This document shows positions 39,982 to 50,117 of a stretch of DNA of 64,000 bases, in pieces. The DNA lies in assembly GCA_040756235.1 (NCBI GenBank), contig JBFLZG010000033.1, positions 9,864 through 73,863 of the forward strand, given 5' to 3'. The notes under the pieces are model-generated. The model was given only the letters and a program-made list of their open reading frames with translations. It made no database searches and was not told the DNA's origin. Origin of the DNA: a bacterium (GTDB lineage Bacteria; Desulfobacterota; DSWW01). Position 1 is the first letter of the stretch, and every line of letters starts with the position of its first letter. The translations under genes and the position numbers were made by a program.

Positions 39982-41151
39982 ATGAGGTCTTCGGAGCCGA
40001 CCATCTCCATGAAAGAGGAAGAACCCAAGATCGTCATCACCGGGGCCACCGGATTCCTCGGCCGCAACATCCTTTTTCGTCTTCTCGAAAACGACAGGAA
40101 GCACCGTTTCTGCCTGATCGTGAGGGATCGAAGGGACAAGAACCCCAGGAGTCGGCTGCATCGCATCCTGAGCACCCGGTATGACACCGACCAGGTCAAG
40201 GGCTTCGAGAAGCGGATCGATCTCGTGCCCGGAGACGTGACCTCGAAGCACTTGGGAATCGATGACCGCGCATACGCCCGTCTCGCCCACACCGTGGTGA
40301 GGATCATCCACGCGGCGGCCAAGGTGCCTTTCGACCTTCCACTGGACATGGCCAGGAACACGAATGTGGAGGGCACCAAGAACGTGCTCGATTTTGCAGA
40401 GACGGTCCACAAGACGAACAGCCTCGAGCGCGTGGACCACATTGGAACCGCCTATGTGGCAGGGAAGCGAGGCGGTTTGATCCTGGAAGACCAACTGGAC
40501 ATGGGCCAGGAGTTCAACAACACGTACGAGCAGACCAAGTTCGAGGCGGAGATGGCGGTTCGGGAGCGTTGGAGAGATCTGCCGGTTGCAGTCTACAGGC
40601 CGAGCATCATCGTCGGCGAGTCCACGACCGGGCGAACATCGAGCTTCAACGTCATGTATTTCCCTTTGAAGCTCTATGCGCGGGGCATCTGGAGATGGGT
40701 GCCGGGAAGCCCGGATACGCCGTTGGACATCGTGCCGGTGGATTACGTCTGCAACGCCCTGGACTGCATCTCCCGGGAATCCGGGTCCGTGGGCAGGTGC
40801 TATCATCTGACCGCCAGCTCCAGCGCAACGACCTTCGGCACGGCCGCCAGGATGGCAGAGTCCTACTTCGGCGCAAAGCCCGTCTGGTTCATTCCTCCCA
40901 AGATTTACATGAACACGATTCACCGCGTGGCGGGAATGCTCACATTAGGCCGGTTGCATGACACCCTGATGAAGGCCGCCCTTTATTTCCCTTACTTCAT
41001 GAACAAGCTGCGGTTCGACAACAGGAACGCAGGGTCCATCCTGGAGAAGAACGGGATCCGGGCTCCCAGTGTCGAGGACTATTTCGCCCGGATCTTCCAG
41101 TTCTGCATCGACACGGACTGGGGGAAGAACCTTCCGGAACGGGAAGACTGA
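39982..41151 (+). CDS. Extended SDR of the fatty acyl-CoA / thioester reductase type (NAD_binding_4)
   Basis: ITGATGFLG, IIHAAAKV, NVEGT, YEQTKFEAE, RPSIIVG and VPVDYV; start may be 40009. Confidence 0.88.
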   Translation: MRSSEPTISMKEEEPKIVITGATGFLGRNILFRLLENDRKHRFCLIVRDRRDKNPRSRLHRILSTRYDTDQVKGFEKRIDLVPGDVTSKHLGIDDRAYARLAHTVVRIIHAAAKVPFDLPLDMARNTNVEGTKNVLDFAETVHKTNSLERVDHIGTAYVAGKRGGLILEDQLDMGQEFNNTYEQTKFEAEMAVRERWRDLPVAVYRPSIIVGESTTGRTSSFNVMYFPLKLYARGIWRWVPGSPDTPLDIVPVDYVCNALDCISRESGSVGRCYHLTASSSATTFGTAARMAESYFGAKPVWFIPPKIYMNTIHRVAGMLTLGRLHDTLMKAALYFPYFMNKLRFDNRNAGSILEKNGIRAPSVEDYFARIFQFCIDTDWGKNLPERED

Positions 41152-41334
41152 GCCGCCCTCAGCTCGGCCCTGGGCAGAAGGAGACACACAGGGAAGCTTT
41201 ACACCCGAGCCTGCGCCGTCCTAGTCTGTTCCCGGGACGGCTCGTCCACAGCCCTCCCGGTCCGGCGGGCAAGAACGAACCTGCCGGCGCATCCACGCCA
41301 AGCCGCGGATCAAAGGACAAGGGAGGCCGCCAGC

Positions 41335-41586
41335 ATGGACATCCACGCCGTGACCTTCGAGCAACTCCTGGACATCTGCGCCTCTCTGGAAGATGCCGCC
41401 GAAATGAAGAAAACGATCGAAGCCCTCGAGCTGCTCGAGAAGAACGTGCGTTCTCTCCGCACGAACCTCGCCGGCAGGCTGCGGGAGAAGGAGCAGGTCG
41501 AAGGCGCACGCGCAGATGAGGAGCGCAAGGCCCGCAGAAAATCCCTGCGGGTCGTCCGGCCGGCCGGGGAAAAGGAGAAAGGGTGA
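41335..41586 (+). CDS. Small coiled-coil hypothetical protein
   Basis: GGAGG RBS; helical charged composition; GC3-biased codons. Confidence 0.6.
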   Translation: MDIHAVTFEQLLDICASLEDAAEMKKTIEALELLEKNVRSLRTNLAGRLREKEQVEGARADEERKARRKSLRVVRPAGEKEKG

Positions 41587-41745
41587 GCCGGCGCCCGACT
41601 TGCAGCTCCACTTCCTGCCGGGCATCCAGGAGAACCACGGCCTGCGGGTTCGCAACCTGCTCCTTCATTACGGCTACTCGCTCCACGTCTGTTTCCTGAG
41701 GCCTTACAGCCGCGGGTTCATCGGGCTCAGGAGCGCCGACAACCG
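41586..41745 (+). pseudogene. Internal fragment of a GMC oxidoreductase (choline-dehydrogenase-like)
   Basis: Frame reads PAPDLQLHFLPG..GYSLHVCFLRPYSRGFIGLRSAD, the start of the GMC C-terminal domain; no start codon or FAD domain. Confidence 0.7.
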
Positions 41746-41766
41746 CATGTTGCGGTCCAGGGGGGG

Positions 41767-43095
41767 TCAGGGAAAAAGGCAGATTCTGATATCCATAACG
41801 TTCGTGTTGGTCGGGCCGGTCTTGAGCAGCTCGCCGGTGGCTTCGAAGAAGCGGTAGCTGTCGTTCTCCTCGAGGCGCGCCGCGGCGTCCACGCCCAGAA
41901 GCCGCCCCCGCTCCACCGTGCCGCCGTCGCAGAAGGCGCCGGCTGCGTCGGTCGGGCCGTCCGTGCCGTCCGTGCCGGCGCTGAGAAAGAAGATCCCCTC
42001 CTCGCCCCGGATGTCCAGCGCGACGGCGAGAGAAAACTCCTGGTTGCGCCCCCCCTTTCCCGTTCCCTTCAGGGTCACGGTGGTCTCGCCGCCCGACAGG
42101 ATGCACGCGGGCGGACGGAGCGGGCAGCCGGTTGCGCGGACCTCGCGAAAGATCGCTCCGTGGAGCCCGGCGGCCGCCCGGGTCTCGCCGACGATGCGGG
42201 TGGAGAGCACGAGCGGCCGGTAGCCCAGCTCGTAAGCCTTGCGCGCCGCGGCCCGGATGGCCAGCAGATTGCTCCCCACGATCCGGTTCGTGACGCGCCG
42301 GAAGACCTCCTCCCCCTGCTTCGGGGTCTCGGGCAGGAGCCCTTCCCTGCCCTGGCGAAGCAGCTCCAGGACCTTGCCAGGCATCCTGTCCGAAATCCCA
42401 TGCTTCTCCACGATTCCCCAGCAGCCCTCGAAGCTCGACCCGTCCGGCACGGTCGGTCCTGAGGCGATCGCGTCGAGAGGGTCGCCGACCACGTCCGACA
42501 GGACGAGCGTGATCACGGTCGCGGGCCAGGCCCTGCGTGCGAGCTGGCCGCCTTTGACTCGGGAGAGATGCTTGCGCAGCGCGTTCATCTCCGCGATATC
42601 GGCCCCGCTCGCAAGGAGCACGCGGGTGACGGTCTGTTTTTCCGCAAGGCCGATCCCGTTGGCAGGGCAGACCAGCAGGGCCGAGCCTCCTCCGGAAAGA
42701 AGGCAGAAGACGAGGTCCCGCTCCCCGGCCTCATCCACGACTTCCAGAATCCTGCGCGTGGCCTCGATCCCGCTTGCATCCGGGACCGGGTGGCCGGCTT
42801 CGAGGATCTCCACTTTGTGCAGAGGGCAGACGTGCCCGTACTTGACTACGATCCTGCCTGCAGTCAGCCGTTCGGCCAGGACCTCCTCCAGCGCGCGTGC
42901 CATGGGGGCAGCGGCCTTGCCCGCCCCCACCACGAGGATCCGTTCATACTCTCCGAGATCGAAGCTCGCTTGCCCCACCGCCAGGATGTCGCCCTTTCGC
43001 GTGACCGCTCGCCGCACCGCCCCGGCCGGCTCCACGGCCTCGACGCCCGCCAGGAAGATCTCGCGCAGATGCTGCCGGTAAACGGACGGATCCAT
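41767..43095 (-). CDS. Glycerate 2-kinase, type II (MOFRL family)
   Basis: GAGKAA, EAGHPVPD, LLSGGGSAL, KHLSRVKGG, GGETTV, GGRNQE and TGPTNTNVMD. Confidence 0.93.
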   Translation of the reverse strand: MDPSVYRQHLREIFLAGVEAVEPAGAVRRAVTRKGDILAVGQASFDLGEYERILVVGAGKAAAPMARALEEVLAERLTAGRIVVKYGHVCPLHKVEILEAGHPVPDASGIEATRRILEVVDEAGERDLVFCLLSGGGSALLVCPANGIGLAEKQTVTRVLLASGADIAEMNALRKHLSRVKGGQLARRAWPATVITLVLSDVVGDPLDAIASGPTVPDGSSFEGCWGIVEKHGISDRMPGKVLELLRQGREGLLPETPKQGEEVFRRVTNRIVGSNLLAIRAAARKAYELGYRPLVLSTRIVGETRAAAGLHGAIFREVRATGCPLRPPACILSGGETTVTLKGTGKGGRNQEFSLAVALDIRGEEGIFFLSAGTDGTDGPTDAAGAFCDGGTVERGRLLGVDAAARLEENDSYRFFEATGELLKTGPTNTNVMDIRICLFP

Positions 43096-43142
43096 GGGGC
43101 ACCTGTAGGGGCGGATGGCCATACGCCCGTGCCGAATACGTT

Positions 43143-43982
43143 TCACATCTTCAGCAGGCGCGCCGCGTTCTCCCCCAGGATGCGGCTGCGGTCGCCCGCC
43201 GCAACGCCCGATTCGGCGATTTCCCGCAGGTAGCGCGAAGGGGCGATGAGCGGGTAGTCGGTGCCGAACAGGATCCGATCCGGGCCGATGATATCGACCG
43301 CGATCCGGTAAACCTGCGGCGCGTACAGGTAAGGCGAGGCGGCCGTGTCGTAATAGAGACTCCCGGTGAAGCGCCGCACGCTCTTCATGAGCTCATAGAA
43401 GAACAGGCCTCCGCCCCAGTGGGCCAGGATGAGGGGAATCCCCTGCTGCTCCTCCACGAACCTCGCCAGATCCCGCAGCCGGATATCCATCTTGCCCGGG
43501 TAGGCGTGCCCGACCGGCTCGTTCGCATGCAGGACCAGAGGCGCCGACCGCTCGCGCGCGAGGCCGGCCAGGGAGCCCAGGTAACTCCAGCTCTTCCTCC
43601 CCATCCGGGACGTGTAGAAAGCCACCTCGCCGATTCCGGTGAAGCCCCTCTCGAGCCCGTTCTCGACGTCCCGGACCGAGGACCTCCCTTCGACCAGAGA
43701 AGGGGTGCAGAAGGCGGTCAACTGCTCGGGCGCGCGCTCCTGCGCTTCGAGCAGGTAATCGTGGGACATGCGGAGAATGCCCGGATCGGTCCACGGAAAG
43801 CCGAACACGACGGCCTTCGCCACCCCTGCGGCCGCCATGGCCTCCCGGAGCTCCTCGGCCGTCGCCATCCGGGCCTTCGGGTCTCCATAGAGCAGTCCGA
43901 ACGCCGCATCCCGGCGCGCGAAGGATGCGCGCTCCTTCACCACCTCGGGCGGAAAGACGTGGGTGTGGAAGTCGATGATCAT
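43143..43982 (-). CDS. Amidohydrolase_2-family metal-dependent hydrolase
   Basis: IIDFHTH, GIGEV, LILAHWGGG, YYDTAA and ILFGTDYP. Confidence 0.88.
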   Translation of the reverse strand: MIIDFHTHVFPPEVVKERASFARRDAAFGLLYGDPKARMATAEELREAMAAAGVAKAVVFGFPWTDPGILRMSHDYLLEAQERAPEQLTAFCTPSLVEGRSSVRDVENGLERGFTGIGEVAFYTSRMGRKSWSYLGSLAGLARERSAPLVLHANEPVGHAYPGKMDIRLRDLARFVEEQQGIPLILAHWGGGLFFYELMKSVRRFTGSLYYDTAASPYLYAPQVYRIAVDIIGPDRILFGTDYPLIAPSRYLREIAESGVAAGDRSRILGENAARLLKM

Positions 43983-44065
43983 GTCCCTGCTCCCGGGCAC
44001 GGCCCCGCGGGCCGCTCCCCGCCGGCTCCTGGGCGCTCCTCGCCCTCACCCCCGGTTCCCTTCCG

Positions 44066-44094
44066 TTGACAAGGGGCCACCGTTTCCATATAGT
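44066..44094 (+). promoter_or_regulatory. sigma70 promoter for the carboxyltransferase operon
   Basis: TTGACA-17 nt-TATAGT. Confidence 0.75.
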
Positions 44095-44237
44095 TGAATC
44101 CTCCTCTCCGTCTTTCCATTTCGAAGTCCCTGGCACTATTTTCTGTGCGTCTCGAGGGAGTTGCTTGCTCCCGAGCGATTTCCGAACGCATTCCCATCCG
44201 TCAACTGCCCGAATGACATCATCAGGGAGGCCGAATC

Positions 44238-45848
44238 ATGGATGACGCCTACAGCACGGCAGACGAAAACCGGGAGCACTGGCTCCTGGAAGAACAGGCG
44301 CTGGCCGAACGGATCGAGCTGGCCCGGAACCCCGGCGGCCAGAAAGCCATCGACAAGCTCGCCCGCCAGAAGAAACAGCCGGTCCGGGACCTCATGGTCA
44401 AGCTCATCGACCCGGGCTCGCCCCTGCTCGAGCTCGGCACCCTTGCCGGGTTCGGCATGAGCTACCCGGACGTGGAGGACGTCCCCTGCGGCGGCGTGGT
44501 CACCGCCATCGGCAGGGTCCAAGGCAACTGGACGATGATCATCGGAAACGACCCGCGCGTCAAGGCCGGCACGTATTTTCCGATCACGCTGAAGAAGCAC
44601 CTGCGCGCCCAGGCCATCGCCGAGAACTGCGGCCTGAACGTCGTCTACATCGCGGACTCCGGCGGGGCCTTCCTGCCCATGCAGGACCAGGTGTTCCCGG
44701 ACGACGGGCATTTCGGAAGCATGTTCTACAACATGTGCAGGCTCTCGGCCAAGGGGTTGAAGCAGATCACCCTGTCGACGGGCGGGAACACCGCCGGAGG
44801 GGCGTACATCGTCTTCCTGGCCTGCGAGTCCGTCATGATCCATCAGATGTCCTACTCTTTCCTCGGAGGGCCGCCGCTGGTCAAGGCCGCTCTGGGAGAA
44901 GAAGTCACGGCCGAGGACCTGGGCGGCGGGTACGTGCACACCCACATCTCGGGCGGGGCGGATCACCTCTGCATGACCCAGGACGAGGCGATCGAGCGCG
45001 TGCGGGAAATCCTGGCCCACGAGCCGCCACAGACGATCCACATCGACCGGCGCGAGGAAATCCCTCCCTATTACCCGATCGAGGCGCTGTACGACATCCT
45101 TCCCCGGAACATCTATCGGGCCATCGACGTCCGGCACGTCATCGCCCATATCGCGGACGGCTATCCTTTCCGGGAGTACAAGAAAGACTACGCGCCCGGC
45201 CGGGGTGACAACATCGTCTGCGGCAAGATGTTTCTCAAAGGGATCCCGGTGGGCGTGATCGCGGCCAACAACAACGGCATCCTCTTCTACCAGTCGGCCC
45301 AGAAGGCGACGGAGTTCATCATCCGCTGCGCCAAGGACAAGACCCCCATCCTGTTCATCCAGAACTCACCGGGTTACATGGTGGGCACCGAGAGCGAGCA
45401 CGCCGGGATCGGCAAATGCGGCGCCAACATGGTGCGGGCCGTCTCCAACGCGGCGGTCCCCAGGATCCAGCTGGTCATCGGGCCGGACCACGGCGCGGCC
45501 AACTACGGCATGTGCGGCAGGGCCTACCGGCCCCACTTCCTGTTCTCCACCATGCGGGCCAGAACGTCGGTCATGTCCGGCCAGTCCGCGGCCTTCGTGC
45601 TCCTCACCCTGGAGAAGCGCAACCGGGAGCTCGAGGGGAAGAAGATGGGGCCCGAGGAAGAGGAGGAGTTCCGGCAGCGCATGATGGCCAAGTACGACGG
45701 GGAGGCCCACCCATTCTACTGCGCCGCTCGCCTTCTCACGGACGGCGTCCTCCCGTTGCGCGACATCCGGGAGGTGCTGGCCACGGCCTTCGAGGTTTCC
45801 CTCCTCAGGCCGATGCCCGACTCGGTACTGGGAAATTTCCGTTTCTGA
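44238..45848 (+). CDS. Acyl-CoA carboxylase carboxyltransferase subunit (methylcrotonyl-CoA carboxylase beta-like)
   Basis: KKHLRAQAIA, DSGGAFLPMQDQVFPD, TAGGAY, GGPPLVKAA, GAANYGMCGRAY and NFRF end. Confidence 0.9.
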   Translation: MDDAYSTADENREHWLLEEQALAERIELARNPGGQKAIDKLARQKKQPVRDLMVKLIDPGSPLLELGTLAGFGMSYPDVEDVPCGGVVTAIGRVQGNWTMIIGNDPRVKAGTYFPITLKKHLRAQAIAENCGLNVVYIADSGGAFLPMQDQVFPDDGHFGSMFYNMCRLSAKGLKQITLSTGGNTAGGAYIVFLACESVMIHQMSYSFLGGPPLVKAALGEEVTAEDLGGGYVHTHISGGADHLCMTQDEAIERVREILAHEPPQTIHIDRREEIPPYYPIEALYDILPRNIYRAIDVRHVIAHIADGYPFREYKKDYAPGRGDNIVCGKMFLKGIPVGVIAANNNGILFYQSAQKATEFIIRCAKDKTPILFIQNSPGYMVGTESEHAGIGKCGANMVRAVSNAAVPRIQLVIGPDHGAANYGMCGRAYRPHFLFSTMRARTSVMSGQSAAFVLLTLEKRNRELEGKKMGPEEEEEFRQRMMAKYDGEAHPFYCAARLLTDGVLPLRDIREVLATAFEVSLLRPMPDSVLGNFRF

Positions 45849-45892
45849 GATTTCGACCCGAAAGACCGCCTCTGGCGCGAAGGAGACTGCAG

Positions 45893-46684
45893 ATGAGCGA
45901 ACAGCCTGTTCTGCTCAGCGATCTGTCCGAAGGAATCCTCACCCTCACCCTGAACCGGGCCGATGCGCTCAACGCTTTCAGCCGCGAGCTCCTCGACAGG
46001 TTCGCCCTCGCGGTGGAGGAGGCGAACTTCCATCAGGAGGCCCGCGTGCTGATCGTGACCGGTGCCGGCGGCGGGAAGGCCTCCTTCTCGACCGGTGCCG
46101 ACCTCAAGGAGCGGGCCACCATGTCGGAGGACGAGGTGAGGCGGTTCATCTTCAAGATCCGCAACACCTTCACGGCCCTGGAGAACCTGAGAAAGCCGGT
46201 GATCGCCGCGGTCAACGGCTTCGCCTTCGGCGGCGGGCTGGAGCTGGCCCTTGCCTGCGATATCCGGATCGCGGCCGCCGGCGCCCTGATGGGGCTCACG
46301 GAGACGAGCCTGGCGATCATTCCCGGCGCGGGCGGGACGCAGCGGCTGCCCCGCATCGTAGGGATCGCCAAGGCCAAGGAGCTGATCTTCACGGCGCGCC
46401 GCATCACGGCCGAGGAAGCTCTGGCGATCGGGCTGGTCAACCAGGTGGTTCCGGGCGACAAGCTCCTGGAGACGGCGCGCAAGCTCGCGCTCCAGATCTG
46501 CGAGAACGGGCCCATCGCCATCCAGCAGGCGAAGTTCGCCGTCTCCAAGGGCATGGACGCGCCCCTCGAGGTGGGTCTCAACATCGAATCCAATGCCTAC
46601 TGGCTCTGCATCCCAACGGAAGACCGCCAGGAAGGGCTCCGGGCCTTCCGCGAGAAGCGCAAGCCCCGATATCAGGGGAAATGA
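45893..46684 (+). CDS. Enoyl-CoA hydratase (methylglutaconyl-CoA hydratase-like)
   Basis: GADLKER, AVNGFAFGGGLELALACD and ETSLAIIPGAGGTQRLPR. Confidence 0.92.
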   Translation: MSEQPVLLSDLSEGILTLTLNRADALNAFSRELLDRFALAVEEANFHQEARVLIVTGAGGGKASFSTGADLKERATMSEDEVRRFIFKIRNTFTALENLRKPVIAAVNGFAFGGGLELALACDIRIAAAGALMGLTETSLAIIPGAGGTQRLPRIVGIAKAKELIFTARRITAEEALAIGLVNQVVPGDKLLETARKLALQICENGPIAIQQAKFAVSKGMDAPLEVGLNIESNAYWLCIPTEDRQEGLRAFREKRKPRYQGK

Positions 46685-46798
46685 CAGGCGGGATTTCCGA
46701 GAGATTTCGGTAGCTTCAACGGAAGGGGTGGATGGCTTGTGTTGCAGGCGGTTCGGGGACAGCCGGTCGCCGCCGCCTGCGAGGGAGGAGGGTTGCTC

Positions 46799-47989
46799 AT
46801 GAAGACAGAGCACGACTACTGGAAGATTTTCCCCAGGATGCCGAAGAAGGTGATGGTCGGCGACATCACGATCCGCGACGGGTTCCAGCACGAAGAGAAA
46901 TTCATCTCCACGGCTGCGAAGATCTTCTACGGCCAGGAGATGATTCTGGCCGGAGCAAAGGAAATCGAGGTCACCAACCTGGGAAGCGTCGCGGCGATCC
47001 CGCAGTTCAGGGACGCGGAACAGGTCCTCTCCGCCCTCCGAGGAGACGACTTCAGAAGACGATGTGAACGGGCGGGAATCCGGCTCGACGACGTCGTCAT
47101 GAGCGCCGTCACGATCCGCGAATCCGCAGTGGACCGGGCCGTCGAGCTCCAGGAGAAAGGGATCGGACCGGACCGGGTCCTGATGATGGTCTCCACCGAC
47201 CCGGAGCACCATTTCGCCAACTCCGGCACCACCCTGAGCCAGTACTGGCGCGAGGCGGAGCGGTGCATCCGCAAGGCGCGCGACCACGGCATGAGGATGT
47301 GCGGCACCGTGAGCACCATCTGGGGCAGCCCGATCAGCGGCGCGACCGACATGAAGGACGCGGTCGAGTTCACCAAGCGTTGGTTCTCGATCGGGGCCCA
47401 CGACATCGAGCACGCCGACCATGACGGCTCCGCCAACGCGGCCGACGTCTACCGCTACTTCTCCATGGTCCTTGACGCCATGCCGAACCCCGAGGCCCAT
47501 CTCTGCCATCTCCACGAGACCAAGCGCATCGCCTCCTCCTCGATCCTGGCAGCCCTGCAGGCGGGGATCGCCCGTTTCGAAGGGACCCTGGGCGGCATGG
47601 GGGGGCAGCCTGCCAACTTCATGGACGACTGCCCGATACGGGGGACAGGCGAATACTACTACAAGGACCCGCGCTACGTTGGCCTCGTCTGCCTGGAGGA
47701 TCTCCTGGTGCAGATCGACGAGCTCGGCATCGAGCACGGCTACGACATCGACCGGGTCCTGTGGCTCGGCGCCAAGATGGAGAGGACCATCGGGCGCAGG
47801 CTCCGTTCGGAAGCGGTCGTCAACGGCCGCACCGAGAAGGCCGGGCACCCGCGCTTCGGCCGTCCGGGCTTGAAGAAGCTGATCGAGAAGCTCGGCGAGC
47901 AACCGGGCACGCTGGTTCCGCCGGAGTGGAGCGCCGAGGCGATCCTGCCCGAGAAGTACGGTCCGGCGGATCCGTTCTGGAAGAAGTAG
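46799..47989 (+). CDS. HMG-CoA lyase-like DRE-TIM metallolyase (long form)
   Basis: DITIRDGFQHE, CHLHET and EGTLGGMGG. Confidence 0.82.
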   Translation: MKTEHDYWKIFPRMPKKVMVGDITIRDGFQHEEKFISTAAKIFYGQEMILAGAKEIEVTNLGSVAAIPQFRDAEQVLSALRGDDFRRRCERAGIRLDDVVMSAVTIRESAVDRAVELQEKGIGPDRVLMMVSTDPEHHFANSGTTLSQYWREAERCIRKARDHGMRMCGTVSTIWGSPISGATDMKDAVEFTKRWFSIGAHDIEHADHDGSANAADVYRYFSMVLDAMPNPEAHLCHLHETKRIASSSILAALQAGIARFEGTLGGMGGQPANFMDDCPIRGTGEYYYKDPRYVGLVCLEDLLVQIDELGIEHGYDIDRVLWLGAKMERTIGRRLRSEAVVNGRTEKAGHPRFGRPGLKKLIEKLGEQPGTLVPPEWSAEAILPEKYGPADPFWKK

Positions 47990-48019
47990 ATCGAGGGCGA
48001 AGGGCTGCAACGGCCAGAT

Positions 48020-48089
48020 GCAGGGCGAATGATCATTCGCCCCTGCAAAGCACCCCGGTAGGGTGGACAAAGCCGAAGGCGTGTCCACC
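48020..48089. repeat. Two REP hairpins between convergent genes
   Basis: GCAGGGCGAATGATCATTCGCCCCTGC and GTAGGGTGGAC..GTCCACC. Confidence 0.7.
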
Positions 48090-48412
48090 AGCAAGGGTGC
48101 ACCCCGCGAGCGAGGGACCTTCGTTTGGGAGCGCGGTGGGTGTGCCGCACGAGAGAGACGAGGGCGAGTCGCGACGGCCGTCCCGAACTCCGACAGGCCG
48201 GTGGAACGCAGCGCTGTTTCTCTGATACCGTACCCGTCAGGCGCGTGTGCCCCGATACACCCGGTCCGGAGCGAGGGACGAAAAGGCGAGAACCTGCCCG
48301 CAGGGCCGGGGTCTCCGACCCCAAGGAGAAGAGCCGGAGCGTTCTGAGCCCGAGACGATCGAGGGCGGTGCACCCACCGCGCTCGCCACGCCCGAGCGGC
48401 TTGCCTCCATAC

Positions 48413-49219
48413 CTACGAAGTGGCCTGTTGAGGCTGCCCATCCAAAAACTTGAGCACGGCGGCGTTGAACGCCGCCGGTGCTTCGAGGGCGGCGGCGTGG
48501 CCCGTGGGGAAGACCACGAGCTCCGCGCCGGGGATCGCCTTCCTCATGGCTTCCGCCGTGCCGAGCGCCATGAAGCCGTCGCGGTCGCCGGCGATGATGA
48601 GGGCCGGACACCGGAGGCGGCCGAGGTCCACGGGCGCGTCGATCGCCGAGACGATCGCTTCCATGATGGCCAGGTAATCGGACGGGTCGTTCTGCTTCTT
48701 GATCTCCTTGTATTTCCGGAAGAGCTCCGGGTCCCGCTGCTTGAGCCCCGGTGAGAAGGAAGCTTCGGCCATCATCTCCGATATGAGATCGATATCGCCC
48801 TGGCGCAGCAGCTCGACAAAGATCTTCCTTCGCTCCTGCATCTCCGGGCCCGGCGGCTCGCCGATGCCGCTATTGGCGAAGACCAGCCCCCGGACCTTCT
48901 CCGGGCACCGCAGAGCGACCTCCAGGGCGATTCTCCCGCCCATGGAATAGCCGAGCAGGAACGCGCGCTCGATGCCGACGGCCTCCAGCAGGGCGCGAAG
49001 GTCTTCCGCGAACAGCCCCATCGAGTACGGCCGGCCCCCTCCCCGGGTCTCGCCGAACCCCCGCACGTCATAAGCGAGCACCCGGTAACGCTTCGAAAGC
49101 TCAGGGAACTGGTTGAACCACATCTTCCGGTTGTCGGTGAACCCGTGGACCAGGACCACACAGCTGCCCTGCCCGGCCACGTCGTAGTGCACATCGATCC
49201 CGTTGGCCGCGATTTTCAT
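48413..49219 (-). CDS. Alpha/beta hydrolase
   Basis: VLVHGF, YDVRGFG, GYSMGG nucleophile elbow, GDRD and GHAAALE. Confidence 0.92.
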   Translation of the reverse strand: MKIAANGIDVHYDVAGQGSCVVLVHGFTDNRKMWFNQFPELSKRYRVLAYDVRGFGETRGGGRPYSMGLFAEDLRALLEAVGIERAFLLGYSMGGRIALEVALRCPEKVRGLVFANSGIGEPPGPEMQERRKIFVELLRQGDIDLISEMMAEASFSPGLKQRDPELFRKYKEIKKQNDPSDYLAIMEAIVSAIDAPVDLGRLRCPALIIAGDRDGFMALGTAEAMRKAIPGAELVVFPTGHAAALEAPAAFNAAVLKFLDGQPQQATS

Positions 49220-49235
49220 GGGAGCCCTCCTGATT

Positions 49236-50117
49236 TCATCTGCCGAGGAGAGCGCGGAGCTCCCGGGCCGCTGCCTCGAGCGCTGCCGGACAGATGCCCG
49301 TGTCGATCCCCATGGCGTCGAGGAACCGCACGACGGTTTCCGCGGGCAGGTTGCCGGCGGCCCCGGGCAGGAAGGGACACCCTCCGAGACCGCCCAGGGT
49401 GACGTCGAAGACGTCCACGCCGGCCTCCAGGGCCGCCAGTAGGTTGGCGAAGGCCCATCCGCTCGCGTTGTGGAGATGCAGGGACAGTCTGGAGCCGGCA
49501 AGGGAGCGCCTGCAGGCGTCGACCCGTTCGAAGATCTGTCTCGGGTCGCCGATCCCCGAGGTATCGGCCAGAACGATCTCTTCCGGGCCCTCCTGGAAGA
49601 GCGCGCTGGCTAGGTCCATGACCTTTTCGAGCGGAATCGGGGCAGGCTCCAGGTGGCAGCCGAAGGCGTTCATCACGCCCGCCCGGACCCGCAGGCCCGC
49701 CTGTCTCGCCCCGCGGCTCACCTGCAGGGCTTCGTCGAGCGCCTCCCGGGTTCCCTGCCCCGAATTGCTGCGCGAGTGGGCTTCGCTTGCGGAGACGAAG
49801 ACCCCGATCTCAACCACGCCCGCCTGGACGGCCCGGTCCAGCCCCCTCCGGTTCAGGACGAGAGCCGAGTACCGGATGCCCTCGACCGGAGGCAGGGCCT
49901 TCCACAGCTGCTCCGCGTCCGCCATGGCCGGAACCCGCTTCGGGTGGACGAACGAAGCGACCTCGAGCTCCCGGAATCCGGCCGCCGCGATCTTGCCGGC
50001 GAGCGAGGCCTTGGCCGCCACGTCCAGCAGGATCCCTTCGGACTGGAGACCGTCCCGCAGGGTCACGTCTCTCAGGCAGACGCGTCCGGGCGCTTCAGCC
50101 AGTGGATGCGCGATCAC
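49236..50117 (-). CDS. Hydroxymethylglutaryl-CoA lyase
   Basis: GTG start after AAAGGAG; RDGLQSE, SFVHPKRVPAMAD, LADT, HLHN and GLGGCPFLPGAAGN. Confidence 0.9.
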   Translation of the reverse strand: MIAHPLAEAPGRVCLRDVTLRDGLQSEGILLDVAAKASLAGKIAAAGFRELEVASFVHPKRVPAMADAEQLWKALPPVEGIRYSALVLNRRGLDRAVQAGVVEIGVFVSASEAHSRSNSGQGTREALDEALQVSRGARQAGLRVRAGVMNAFGCHLEPAPIPLEKVMDLASALFQEGPEEIVLADTSGIGDPRQIFERVDACRRSLAGSRLSLHLHNASGWAFANLLAALEAGVDVFDVTLGGLGGCPFLPGAAGNLPAETVVRFLDAMGIDTGICPAALEAAARELRALLGR

